Source: Gemmatimonadaceae bacterium
Lineage (GTDB): Bacteria > Gemmatimonadota > Gemmatimonadetes > Gemmatimonadales > Gemmatimonadaceae
Assembly (NCBI GenBank): GCA_051859245.1
Contig: JBHYGA010000001.1
Location: 640,001-704,000, forward strand
DNA length: 64,000 nt
Reading direction: 5' to 3'
The translations under genes were made by a program, and so were the position numbers. The stretch's first letter is position 1, and every line of letters begins with the position of its first letter. Shown here piece after piece: positions 30,556-40,281 of this stretch. A model generated the notes under the pieces. The model was not told where the DNA came from, ran no database searches, and saw nothing but the letters and a program-made list of their open reading frames with translations.

Positions 30556-31463
30556 GCGCTCGCCGTTCCGTGCACCGCGCCATCGCGAGCGCGCTCTTCG
30601 TTCTGGGATCGGCGACCCAGTTGGCGGGTGCGCAGAGTACTCGCGGCCCGATCGTCGACACCAGTGCGCTGCGCGCCGCGATGCAGCGAGAGATCCAGCC
30701 GCACCGTGGTGTCGTCGGTTATACCGTGCGTGATCTCGATGCCGGCTGGCAGATTGCCGAACGGGGAGACGAAAAGTTCCCCACGGCCAGCTTGATCAAG
30801 GTCCCGATTCTGGTGACCGTATTTGACCTGGTGGAACAGGGCAGGCTGTCGCTCGATGACAAGCTCACCGTGTTGCCAATCGACGTGGTACCGGGCGCGG
30901 GGATACTGCAACATCTGCACGCCGGCATCACGATCACAGTGCGCGATGCCGCATGGCTGATGACCACAATCAGCGACAACACGGCCACGAACTTGTTGCT
31001 CGATCGCATCATCATCCGGCGCGTGTGGGACAAGATGGACTCCTTGGCGCTGCCGGCCACTCGGGTGCATTCCAAATCGTTCCTGCGCTCGTCGAGCGTC
31101 GCGATGGACAGCTCTGTCAAGTACGGACTCGGTGTTACGACGCCGAATGAAATGGCGCAGCTGTTTGCGCTGCTGGCGAACGGCCGCGCCGTATCACCCG
31201 CCGCAGATTCGGTGATGCGCGATATGCTGGCTGCCAATGAAGACGCGCAGTTGCTGCAGCGACGCGTGTCTGGCGTACGCGCGCCCCACAAAACGGGCGC
31301 CACCGACGCGGTGCGCACCGAGTGCACGTTGTGGTACTTGCGATCACGCGTGGTCGCGTGCGTAATGACGCGCGACAACGCGGATACACGCTGGGTGCTC
31401 GACAGCGAGCCACAGTTGCTCATGGCGCGACTTGGTGAGCTGATCGTGAGCGCCTTCAAGTAA
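30552..31463 (+). CDS. Class A beta-lactamase-like serine hydrolase
   Basis: Signal peptide; FPTASLIK (SxxK), SDN and HKTG motifs. Confidence 0.87.
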   Translation: MSARRSVHRAIASALFVLGSATQLAGAQSTRGPIVDTSALRAAMQREIQPHRGVVGYTVRDLDAGWQIAERGDEKFPTASLIKVPILVTVFDLVEQGRLSLDDKLTVLPIDVVPGAGILQHLHAGITITVRDAAWLMTTISDNTATNLLLDRIIIRRVWDKMDSLALPATRVHSKSFLRSSSVAMDSSVKYGLGVTTPNEMAQLFALLANGRAVSPAADSVMRDMLAANEDAQLLQRRVSGVRAPHKTGATDAVRTECTLWYLRSRVVACVMTRDNADTRWVLDSEPQLLMARLGELIVSAFK

Positions 31464-32392
31464 TGGCCTCGCCCGCGTCACCGGTCTTCGTCGCAGCGCC
31501 CATTCGCGCGTCGCTCGCCCGAGGTGGCGCCGTGGTCGCGCTTGAGAGCTCGGTGCTCGCACAGGGGTTGGCCATTCCCCACAATCGTGTTGCAGCGGAG
31601 CGCATGCTGCGTGGTGTGGAACGCACGGGAGCGGAGGCGGCGATCACCGCCATCGTGCGTGGGGTGCCAACCGTCGGACTCGCGACAGATGATCTGGAGC
31701 GCTTTCTGGCGCGCGATGGCGTGCGCAAAGTCTCGTCGCGCGATCTCGCCTGGTGCATGACGGAACGTTGCGATGGCGCGACCACTGTGGCCGCCACACT
31801 CACGCTCGCGTCGGCGGCTGGTGTTGAGGTCTTTGCGACCGGTGGTATTGGCGGTGTGCATCGCGACGCACCGTTCGACGAATCGGCCGATCTGGTGGAA
31901 CTCGCGCGCACGCCAATGATCGTGGTGTGCGCAGGTGCGAAAAGCATCCTCGATCTGCCAGCCACCATGGAGCGGCTGGAAACACTTGGCGTTACGGTGA
32001 TTGGATATCGCACCCGGGAACTTCCCGGGTTTTTCACGATTGGTACGGGTATTTCACTCACGGCCACTGCGGAAACACCGGCGCAGATTGCCGAGTTGTG
32101 GCGGCATCATCGGGCGCTCGGACGGACGTCCGGGCTACTGGTGGTGCAGCCGCCGCCCTCGCAGTCAGCACTTGACCGTGACCTGGTGGAACGCGCGACG
32201 ACGGCCGCATTGGCGAGTGCGGAGGCGGCCGGCGTGCGCGGCGGTGCGGTCACGCCGTTCCTGCTGGCGGAGGTCGAACGTCAAACCAATGGCGCCTCGG
32301 TGCAGGCCAATCTTGACCTGCTTGAGGCCAACGCTGTAACGGCTGGGGAGATTGCGGTCGCATTGGCGCGTGCTCAGGCCGTCAACCGTTAG
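31463..32392 (+). CDS. psuG: Pseudouridine-5'-phosphate glycosidase
   Basis: VVALESS, GATTVAAT, FATGGIGGVHR, DESADL, CAGAKSILD, VTPFLL. Confidence 0.92.
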   Translation: MASPASPVFVAAPIRASLARGGAVVALESSVLAQGLAIPHNRVAAERMLRGVERTGAEAAITAIVRGVPTVGLATDDLERFLARDGVRKVSSRDLAWCMTERCDGATTVAATLTLASAAGVEVFATGGIGGVHRDAPFDESADLVELARTPMIVVCAGAKSILDLPATMERLETLGVTVIGYRTRELPGFFTIGTGISLTATAETPAQIAELWRHHRALGRTSGLLVVQPPPSQSALDRDLVERATTAALASAEAAGVRGGAVTPFLLAEVERQTNGASVQANLDLLEANAVTAGEIAVALARAQAVNR

Positions 32393-32510
32393 CCTGGGAG
32401 CGAGCAAATCGTCGTGCAGGTACGTAGATTTCCGGTAGTTGATCAGTTGAACTTGCAGTGAATCGCGCGGTACTATCCGGTAACCCGTTCGCGATGGAGG
32501 CTCGACCCGT

Positions 32511-33701
32511 ATGCCGAACCCATTCTTAAGCTCGGAAGAGTACGACGATCGCGCGCACGCGTTGTATAACGAGGCGCGATACGACGAGGCTCTGGATGTG
32601 CTGCGCGAAGGGCTGGCGCTGTATCCGAACGCCGTGGAACTCCACGTCGGTGTTGGTTACGCGCGGTTGGCACGCGAAGAGTTTGCGTGGGCGCGCCGCA
32701 GCTTCGACGAAGCGCTGCTGCTCGACCCCGAGCATGAAGATGCGCTGGCGGGCGCGGGAGAACTGCTGCTCAAGTTCGGACGCGTGGACGAAGCCATGTA
32801 CACATTCGGGCGCACGCTTGAACTGGGCTACGAAGACGACACCGATCTGATGTTGCAGATCGGTCGGGCGCTCTTTCGCGAAGGGTACATCGAGCCGGCG
32901 CTGTCGTATTTCGAGCGCGGTGTGGCGCACGCGCCGGAGAATGCCGAGGCGCTGGCCTGCGTTGGCTACGCGCAGCATCGACTCGGTCGTGATGCGGAGG
33001 CCATCAACACGCTGCGCCGCGCACTCTCGTTCGACGAGTCGTTCGGTGAAGCGCGCGTCTACCTGGCCAACTTGTTGTACGACGCCGGCGAGCTCGAAGC
33101 CGCGCTCGCTGAGTTTGAGCGAACCACGCCCGAAGATCACTGGGACGAACTCGGTATCTGGCGCCTGGTGGAACTGCGCAAATCGGCGGGCGGCTTGTCC
33201 GACGACGATCTCGTCCTCAAGCCGTGGGATGATCGGCTCACGGAAATTTCGAGCGACCCCGATGCGATCGACGAACTGCTCGCCGAAGTGGAGACGCAGT
33301 TCATGGAGCGTGAAGGTGCGGCACATTCACAGGCGCAGGGTCATCTTGAAATGCTTGGCTCGTTGCTCGACGGACTGGCCAAGGATCGCGAGCATGACTC
33401 TTCGGCTGACGAAGCACTGGCGCTCGATGCGGCCACTCGCCCGTCGCCAAAGTCGCGTGAACTCACCGCCGAGTCCGCGCATCAGGTGGTGTTGCGCGAC
33501 GGTCGGTCATTCGAAGGGACGTGGGACGAAATCGTGACGGCCCTGCGCGATGCGCAGGACTCCACGCGTTCGGTCGACGAGTTCATGACGGTTGAAGCAC
33601 GGCGGCAGTACGGCGCCACGGGTGTACGTATTTCAACGCGTGGTCCGGAGGAGTTCCTGCGCGGCAGCGAACACGCCGGATTGTTGCGCATCATTCGCTA
33701 A
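32511..33701 (+). CDS. Cytoplasmic TPR protein with distinct C-terminal domain
   Basis: GGAGG RBS; several TPR units (e.g. PNAVELHVGVGYA, PENAEALACVGYA); acidic linker. Confidence 0.85.
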   Translation: MPNPFLSSEEYDDRAHALYNEARYDEALDVLREGLALYPNAVELHVGVGYARLAREEFAWARRSFDEALLLDPEHEDALAGAGELLLKFGRVDEAMYTFGRTLELGYEDDTDLMLQIGRALFREGYIEPALSYFERGVAHAPENAEALACVGYAQHRLGRDAEAINTLRRALSFDESFGEARVYLANLLYDAGELEAALAEFERTTPEDHWDELGIWRLVELRKSAGGLSDDDLVLKPWDDRLTEISSDPDAIDELLAEVETQFMEREGAAHSQAQGHLEMLGSLLDGLAKDREHDSSADEALALDAATRPSPKSRELTAESAHQVVLRDGRSFEGTWDEIVTALRDAQDSTRSVDEFMTVEARRQYGATGVRISTRGPEEFLRGSEHAGLLRIIR

Positions 33702-33711
33702 GCGAGACTGT

Positions 33712-34767
33712 GTGAGTGTTTCTGTTGAACGCGCGCGTCAGGCGTACACGAGCGCGCGTCCGGTGCTCGACCGATTGTTGCACAGTGCACAGTCGGTCGG
33801 TGCACCTGCGGCCGTAGATGCTGCTGCTGCGTGGGCCGCAATCGCAAGCGTGCTTGAACCGCTCGTGCCTGACGCGCCGCCTGGTGATGCCAAAGCGCTC
33901 GTCGCCGCACTCCGTCAACGTGGTCTCTGCACGCTCGAAGAAGCGCACACGCTGATTGACGCGCACGCGCTCGCGGAGCGAAGCAAGAGCGACGTGGCGT
34001 CACCTGCGGGTGAACTGCCGCGACAGGTGCTGGTGCGTGCGGATCAGACGCTTGATCGCATTCTGCGCACCGCCGATGACAGTTCGTCGGCGGTACCGCT
34101 GCAATCGGAGTACGCGCGTGCGGCGACCGCGTCGGCCGCCACATCCGCCGCGTCGACGCCCTCACCGAATCCTTCGGCGGCATCCTTTAATAGCAGTCCA
34201 GACCGCAGCCCTCAACCTGACGGTCGCTCCAATCGCTTCGTGATTGCGCTCGTCCTCGTGTGCGTGGCGGCCGCGGTGGTGGCTGTGGTGCTGTTCACGG
34301 GCATCGGGCGCAACGATCCGATGGAGCAGGGCATTACGGCGTATCAGGCAGGTCAACGCGTTGCCGCGCGGCTCGCCTTTGAACAGGCCATGGTAAAGGA
34401 CCCGGCAGACGCTCGACCGCTCATCTATCTTGGTCGACTCGCGCGCGAAGAAGGGGATCTCATTCAGGCGCGCCGACTCCTTGAACAGGCCGTGCAGCGC
34501 GCACCGGACAACGCCCTCTCTCATCGTGAGCTCGGATCCGCGCTGTTGGCCGACGGACAACCCGAACTGGCGCGTCGCTTCTACGTGCGCGCGCTGGCCT
34601 TGCAGCCGGATGACCGACTGGCGCAGGGCTTTTTGGGATGCGCGCTGGCGCGCCTTGGCCGCGTTGACGAAGCGCGTCGTTGGCTCGATCGCGCCGGTCC
34701 GGGCGATTGGGTGGCCTGCGCCAATGCCGTCCCCGCTGCACCGATGCCAATACCGCCTGTTCGGTGA
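33712..34767 (+). CDS. Membrane-anchored TPR protein
   Basis: N-terminal helical domain, Ser/Pro linker, TM helix (FVIALVLVCVAAAVVAVVLF), C-terminal TPRs. Confidence 0.75.
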   Translation: MSVSVERARQAYTSARPVLDRLLHSAQSVGAPAAVDAAAAWAAIASVLEPLVPDAPPGDAKALVAALRQRGLCTLEEAHTLIDAHALAERSKSDVASPAGELPRQVLVRADQTLDRILRTADDSSSAVPLQSEYARAATASAATSAASTPSPNPSAASFNSSPDRSPQPDGRSNRFVIALVLVCVAAAVVAVVLFTGIGRNDPMEQGITAYQAGQRVAARLAFEQAMVKDPADARPLIYLGRLAREEGDLIQARRLLEQAVQRAPDNALSHRELGSALLADGQPELARRFYVRALALQPDDRLAQGFLGCALARLGRVDEARRWLDRAGPGDWVACANAVPAAPMPIPPVR

Positions 34768-37442
34768 GTCGTTCGGACGGAGGGAGCGAAGCGTCGCGCG
34801 CACGCGCGGCTGCACTCATGGTGCACGAGGGCGTGTCGCGCTTTGTGTTGCCCAACGGTCTCGTGCTGCTCGTGCGCCGAGATACCACCGCACCGGTCGT
34901 TGGTCTCTATACGCATGTCAAAGCCGGCTACTTCGATGAGTCGGATGATCGCGTGGGCATCGCGCACGTGCTCGAACACATGTACTTCAAGGGCACCCCA
35001 ACCCGTGGTGTTGGTGCGATCGCGCGCGAAACCAAACTCGCTGGTGGTTGGCTGAACGCGCATACCATTTACGACCACACGGCCTACGTGGCGGTGTTGC
35101 CCAATGGTGCCTTCGAACGCGGACTCGATATCCAGTTCGATGCGTACGCGAACTCGCTCATCGATGCGGGTGAGCTGAGCCGCGAGCTGGAGGTGATTGT
35201 GCAGGAGGCCCGGCGAAAGAAGGATGCGCCTGGCGCCGTCACGGTAGAATCGCTCTTTGCGTTGCTGCATGATCATCATCGCATTCGCCGGTGGCGCATT
35301 GGGGAACCGGATGACCTGCGCACGTTCACGCGGGACATGCTGCACGCGTTCTATCGCACGTGGTATGTCCCGTCCAACACGATTCTCTCGATTGTTGGCC
35401 ATGTGGACCCGGACGCGGTGCACGCCGCGGTGCTCGCGCGATACGGTGCGTTGCCGGCCGGAGAGGTCACGCGCGACGCCGCGCCGCAAGAGCAACGCGC
35501 CCCGGGCGTGCGGGTGCGCGATATGGTCGGTGACATAGCGCAGGCGCAGCTGGCATTCGGCTGGCGCACGCCGTCGCAGGAGCATCGGGATTCTGCAGCG
35601 CTCGATCTCGCGGGTACCATGCTTGGATCCGGACGCGCGTCTCGTTTTTACCGCGCCGTGCGGGAGCGGCAGCTCGCGTCGGGCGTCTCCTCGTATCAGT
35701 ACACTACCGCGAACCTTGGCGTGTTTGTGGTGCACGCGGAAACACCGGCCGACAAGCTGGCTGATGCGGCGCTGGCCACATGGCGCGAAATCAGCGCCGC
35801 GCGCAATCATGAGTTTCGGTCCGAGGAGCTGGTGCGCGCGCAGCGTGTGCTTGAAGCTCGCTGGCTTCGCCGCCTGGAAACCATGGACGGTCAGGCCGCG
35901 TATCTCGCCTCGTGGGAAGCCGAAGGTGGGGTGGCGCTGGGAGCCGAGTACTATGACCGCCTGATCAGTGCAAGCGCGACGCACGTGCAGCAGGCCATGC
36001 ACACGCACCTCGATCCGTCGCAGGTGAGTGTAATCGTCTATCGCCCATCCCACGCGACGTCGCTGCCCGACAGCGCTGAATCCATGCGCAGTTGGCTCGC
36101 CACGGCGGAGTCACAGGAGAGTGTGACCGCGAATGCCACGCCGAGTGTGTCGCGTGTCGGTGTGCCGCGCAGTGCGCCGGCGTCAGGCGCGTCTGCACAC
36201 GCCGAGCGTGTCGTGCGTAACGTGCACGTGTTTCGTACGGCGCGCGATGTGCCGGTGCTGATTCACGCGCGTCCGGGAACGCCGCTGGTGAGCATTGGCG
36301 TGTTCGTGCGCGGCGGAACCGTGTCCGAACCTGAGGGTCGCGAGGGACTCGCCCGACTGATGGCGCAGAGCACGCTCAAGGGCACGCACACTCGGACGGG
36401 TGCGGAGATCGCGCTCGCTGCGGAATCGCTTGGCGGGAGCATTGGTGTGAGCGCTGGTCTCGAGAGTCTCGGCTGGAGTATGTCGGTGCCAGTGCGGCAA
36501 CTCGACGCAGCCCTCGAGTTGCTTGGCGATGTGGTGCAGTTGCCCACGTTCTCCCCGTCGGCGATCGATACGGAGCGACAGCTCGCCATCGCCGAAGTGG
36601 AGCGATTGCGTGACGATATGTATCGTTGGCCAATGCGGCTTGCGTCGGAGGCTGCGTATCGCGGACATCCGTACGCGCGATCCGTGATTGGCACGGCGTT
36701 GTCCCTGGAAACAATCAGCGCTGAGGATGTGCGTGCGCAGCATGAGCGCGCGTTGCACAACGGCGCGTGTGTGATTGGCATTGTTGGTGATGTGAACACG
36801 CGCGATGCAGCGAGCGCCGTGCAGCGCCACTTTGGCTCGGTCACGTGGGGCGCCGACAGTGAACCGGCGGCGCACATCTGGCCAAACGCGATGCGTGTTG
36901 CCGAAGACACGCGTGAGAAGCAGCAAACCGCGCTGGCCATGCTCTTTCGTGGACCGTCGCGTCGTGATCCGGCGCGGCACAACGCGCGTGTGCTGGCAGC
37001 GATCGCGAGCGGACTGGGTGGTCGCTTTTTTGAAGAGTTGCGCGACCGCCGCTCATTGGCGTACACGGTTGCGGCCTATCCGATTGAGCGACGCGTGGAT
37101 GGTGTGTTCGCGGCGTATATCGCCACCACACCGGAGCGCGAAGACGAGGCGCGCGACGGGTTGCTTGAACAGTTCGCCGCACTGTGCAACGAACCGGTTC
37201 GCGAAGATGAAATCGAACGCGCGAGGCAGTATCTCGTGGGCACACACGCGATCGCGCAGCAGAGCGGTGCGTCGGTGCTGTCCGACCTCATCGACGCCTG
37301 GTCGTTTGGTGATGGACTGGAAGAGTTGGCAGAACATGACGCGCGTGTGCTCGCCGTGACACCGGCGAACATTCTGGAGCTGGCACGCACGTACTTTGAT
37401 CCGGCGCGACGCGTTGAAGGCGTGGTGCGCGGGCGGAGCTAG
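34764..37442 (+). CDS. M16 (pitrilysin/insulinase) zinc peptidase, fused two-module form
   Basis: GIAHVLEHMYFKG (HxxEH), NAHT; second module with RFFEELRDRRSLAY. Confidence 0.92.
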   Translation: MSRSDGGSEASRARAAALMVHEGVSRFVLPNGLVLLVRRDTTAPVVGLYTHVKAGYFDESDDRVGIAHVLEHMYFKGTPTRGVGAIARETKLAGGWLNAHTIYDHTAYVAVLPNGAFERGLDIQFDAYANSLIDAGELSRELEVIVQEARRKKDAPGAVTVESLFALLHDHHRIRRWRIGEPDDLRTFTRDMLHAFYRTWYVPSNTILSIVGHVDPDAVHAAVLARYGALPAGEVTRDAAPQEQRAPGVRVRDMVGDIAQAQLAFGWRTPSQEHRDSAALDLAGTMLGSGRASRFYRAVRERQLASGVSSYQYTTANLGVFVVHAETPADKLADAALATWREISAARNHEFRSEELVRAQRVLEARWLRRLETMDGQAAYLASWEAEGGVALGAEYYDRLISASATHVQQAMHTHLDPSQVSVIVYRPSHATSLPDSAESMRSWLATAESQESVTANATPSVSRVGVPRSAPASGASAHAERVVRNVHVFRTARDVPVLIHARPGTPLVSIGVFVRGGTVSEPEGREGLARLMAQSTLKGTHTRTGAEIALAAESLGGSIGVSAGLESLGWSMSVPVRQLDAALELLGDVVQLPTFSPSAIDTERQLAIAEVERLRDDMYRWPMRLASEAAYRGHPYARSVIGTALSLETISAEDVRAQHERALHNGACVIGIVGDVNTRDAASAVQRHFGSVTWGADSEPAAHIWPNAMRVAEDTREKQQTALAMLFRGPSRRDPARHNARVLAAIASGLGGRFFEELRDRRSLAYTVAAYPIERRVDGVFAAYIATTPEREDEARDGLLEQFAALCNEPVREDEIERARQYLVGTHAIAQQSGASVLSDLIDAWSFGDGLEELAEHDARVLAVTPANILELARTYFDPARRVEGVVRGRS

Positions 37443-38953
37443 GGCAGGTCGTCTACGCGCGGCATGGTGCGACGAATCATGTCCACCACCGATCGTTCGC
37501 GTCCGTTGGCGGATATCAGTCCGAGCGTGGTGATATCGTCGCGCAGCTCGCCGATCACAACGCCGCGTACGAACGCGCGTCGGGAAGACCATGCGAGCAC
37601 TTGACGGATTGCCGCGCTCTGCGATTCATCGCCGTGTGCGCGCGGCAACCCTGCCATGAACATCCAGTGCGCACGACCGCCGGCGTTGTGAACGGCGACC
37701 CATCGATCGGCCACGCGCAGTCGCGCGTCAACCGACGCCAGTCCCGCAAAACTCGGCAATGGTGCGAAGCCAACCGCCTGCAGTGGTGAGGCGCTGTCGG
37801 TGGCCCACGCGTGCATTACGCTGTCGGCCGCATCAAATCGAGTGGCCACCCACATCACGCTCGTCTGCGGACGTGCGCGTTGCACCGTGCGTGCCGCTTC
37901 GCGCAAATGCTGTTGCCACCACGCGGTGGACACCGCGGGCGTGAAGAGCATGCCAGGTAGCGCCGGCGGTAACGCCGGGATCACGATGTGTGGGCGCAGC
38001 GTTTCAGTGACGCGTTGCAGTGCGTCGAGGCGCAGTCGACTTGCGAGCTGCGGCGCGTTGCGCACGCCAATCGCATCGTCACGCGTGAACGAGAGCGCCA
38101 CAATCAGACGCACGCTGTCGTTGCGATACGGCGCGAGTACGCGTACGAGTGAGTCGAGCCCCGACGACCGCACGGCCGACGCATTCAGCGAGACGAGCAG
38201 CGCGTCGGGATGGAGGCGGTCATAGAGGCGCGCGCCAACACGCACCGCGCGCGCATCGGGCACACCGGCAATATCGGGAAGCAATCGCAAGCCGAGCGCA
38301 AAGCTGCGGGTGTCGCGCGGCGCGAGGGTTCGCGACGCGGCGTCGTAACTGCGCACCGCGCCGACACCGCGCGGCCACTCCATGATCAGCAATGTGAGCG
38401 TCGCAGCGGCATACAACACGAGCACGGCGCGAACAAACGCGCTCGATCGCCACCGGGCCGGATACGCGGGCGCGACCAGCGGGATCAACAAAGAAAACGG
38501 AGAGCCCAACGCCGCGCGTCCACTCACCATGCCAAGCACCGCGTCACGCGCGGCGATCAATCCCTGCAGCGCGTCTGGTGCGTAGCCCGATCGCAGCACC
38601 TGATCATCGCCAATGGCGACCAATGCGAGCAACGAGTTGTACAACACGATCGGCACGCCGACCGATGACGACACGAGACGCCCCGCTGTGGCAGAAATCG
38701 CCTGGGCGACCATCAAGACGCATGTCACAGGCCAGAGCCACGCCACCCCGGTAATCGTGCGTGCACCCGTGTCGGTGGAGGCGGCGATCGCGAGCACCGC
38801 CGCGGGCGCAATGAGCAGCCCCGCAAGCGCCGTGAGATTGCGAAACCAGGACGCGCCTTCGCGCCGCGTGGCAATCCAGCCGGAGAGCGTGACATTCCAC
38901 GCCAGCACCAGGGCCGCCACAATCAGTGGCACGATGCCGAGGCGCGCCAACAT
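37439..38953 (-). CDS. Hypothetical membrane protein (multi-TM N-terminus, possible TIM-barrel C-terminus)
   Basis: 504 aa; hydrophobic first ~190 aa, then alternating beta/alpha segments; start overlaps the upstream stop (TGATG). Confidence 0.7.
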   Translation of the reverse strand: MLARLGIVPLIVAALVLAWNVTLSGWIATRREGASWFRNLTALAGLLIAPAAVLAIAASTDTGARTITGVAWLWPVTCVLMVAQAISATAGRLVSSSVGVPIVLYNSLLALVAIGDDQVLRSGYAPDALQGLIAARDAVLGMVSGRAALGSPFSLLIPLVAPAYPARWRSSAFVRAVLVLYAAATLTLLIMEWPRGVGAVRSYDAASRTLAPRDTRSFALGLRLLPDIAGVPDARAVRVGARLYDRLHPDALLVSLNASAVRSSGLDSLVRVLAPYRNDSVRLIVALSFTRDDAIGVRNAPQLASRLRLDALQRVTETLRPHIVIPALPPALPGMLFTPAVSTAWWQQHLREAARTVQRARPQTSVMWVATRFDAADSVMHAWATDSASPLQAVGFAPLPSFAGLASVDARLRVADRWVAVHNAGGRAHWMFMAGLPRAHGDESQSAAIRQVLAWSSRRAFVRGVVIGELRDDITTLGLISANGRERSVVDMIRRTMPRVDDLP

Positions 38954-39321
38954 CAGGCGCCGCGGAGCAAACGTTCCGAACGCACTTCGCCGGGCAGCAG
39001 GCGGCGTGTGAGCACGTCGAAGGCGCGCACCAGATCAAACCGCACCGGAGCGAGCAGATCCACGAGAATCACCGAGCGCTCGGGATGTGTGTGCAGGGCC
39101 GCGTGTCCTCCCTCCAGCAGGAGCATGGCGTCCACACCGTGCGGGGCGCGCGTGCGCACAAGCGGAGCGCCAAGGGTGTGCAAACCAGCGGCACCAGCTG
39201 CCGCGACCAACACACCACCGAGGCGTGACGCGTCACCGAGCAAGTCTTCGGGCACGTCGTGAAACTCCGCGACCAGGTGGGCGTGGGAAGACGACACAGA
39301 CTCGCGTACCGAAGGGACCAT
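38953..39321 (-). CDS. S-adenosylmethionine decarboxylase-like protein (SpeD/SpeH fold), degenerate active site
   Basis: HLVAEF, LVAAA..AG, PHGV...LL.., H..LHTHPE...VD match the family, but ESH is replaced by GGH and there is no TCG. Confidence 0.7.
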   Translation of the reverse strand: MVPSVRESVSSSHAHLVAEFHDVPEDLLGDASRLGGVLVAAAGAAGLHTLGAPLVRTRAPHGVDAMLLLEGGHAALHTHPERSVILVDLLAPVRFDLVRAFDVLTRRLLPGEVRSERLLRGA

Positions 39322-39388
39322 GCGCGAGACGATAACCATCGCGAGTCCCCGCTGGCACCCCGGTTGGCAGATCGGGTACGTTTATCGG

Positions 39389-39943
39389 ATGACCGACCGT
39401 TCCACCTATCTCAGCCTGCCGAATCTGGTCTCCGGTTCGCGTTTCGCGCTGGCGATCGGCTTTTGGGCCGTGGACGCGGTGCCGGCGCGAGTGGCGGTGC
39501 TGGTGGTCGCCACGTTCACCGATTTTTTTGACGGGTGGCTGGCGCGTCGGCAAAAGGTCACCTCGCGGTTCGGTGCGTTGCTCGATCCGGTAGCCGACCG
39601 CGCGTTCGTGCTCGCCGTCGTGATCCGGTATCTGATTGACGGTTTGTTGTTACCGTGGCAGGCGGCGGCGCTGCTATTTCGTGATGTGATGAGCCTGATC
39701 GGCTGGTTTGTTGCGCGCAACGTGAGTTGGCTCCGGCCGATTCCGTTTCGCGCGCGGTGGCCTGGCAAGGTTGTCACCGCCCTGCAGTTCACGGCGTTCC
39801 TGGCGGTGCTGCTCTGGCCGGCCTATGTGTCGCCGCTGGTGCTGCTGTCGCTTGTGATCAGCGTGGTGGCCACGGCGGACTACACGCTCATGCTTTGGCG
39901 TGAACGAACCGTGACCGGAGCCAAAGGAAGCGCGCCCAACTAA
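39389..39943 (+). CDS. CDP-alcohol phosphatidyltransferase (PgsA-like)
   Basis: LPNLVSGSR; TDFFDGWLARR...FGALLDPVADR signature. Confidence 0.92.
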   Translation: MTDRSTYLSLPNLVSGSRFALAIGFWAVDAVPARVAVLVVATFTDFFDGWLARRQKVTSRFGALLDPVADRAFVLAVVIRYLIDGLLLPWQAAALLFRDVMSLIGWFVARNVSWLRPIPFRARWPGKVVTALQFTAFLAVLLWPAYVSPLVLLSLVISVVATADYTLMLWRERTVTGAKGSAPN

Positions 39944-39945
39944 AC

Positions 39946-39978
39946 AAAAAGCCCCCTCACAAATCGCGGGGGCTTTTT
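39946..39978. terminator. Bidirectional Rho-independent terminator
   Basis: AAAAAGCCCCC...GGGGGCTTTTT between convergent genes. Confidence 0.85.
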
Positions 39979-40011
39979 GATGTACCGATCACTCGTGGAT
40001 CGGAGACAGCG

Positions 40012-40281
40012 TCAGGCAGTGACTGCTTCCTGAGTCTGCGCACGCGGCGGCTGCGCAAAGCGCTCACCGAGAGTCCGCAAATCCTTCACCTGCACAGCAT
40101 TCAACTCCGGGTACCGCGACGTCATGTACTGCATTGTGTTGTCGAACCATTCCTTCTGATCGTCGGGATGTGACCCGATAACACCACACTGCATGATGTG
40201 CTGAAACATCTCGTCGCGGGCCTCTTCGTACGGCGAAGGCTGCGCGACGTCACGACGCGGACGTTGCTTGAGCTTGGTCAT
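40012..40281 (-). CDS. Small hypothetical protein (89 aa)
   Basis: MTKLKQRPRR...EEARDEMFQHIMQCGV...WFDNTMQYM; helical, protein-like, ends near the terminator. Confidence 0.65.
   Translation of the reverse strand: MTKLKQRPRRDVAQPSPYEEARDEMFQHIMQCGVIGSHPDDQKEWFDNTMQYMTSRYPELNAVQVKDLRTLGERFAQPPRAQTQEAVTA

Noticed and set aside
30552..31463. Beta-lactamase-like gene as acquired antibiotic resistance
   Set aside because: Embedded in a chromosomal operon with no mobile context; such SxxK proteins are often not true beta-lactamases.
34581..36053. Long antisense ORFs (490 aa here; also 43478..44770, 17442..18608, 4006..5127)
   Set aside because: Shadows of well-supported genes in high-GC DNA, with no recognisable motifs.
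2363..37442. Three convergent gene pairs sharing CTAG stop overlaps (2363, 28387, 37439)
   Set aside because: A known, common consequence of compact genomes.
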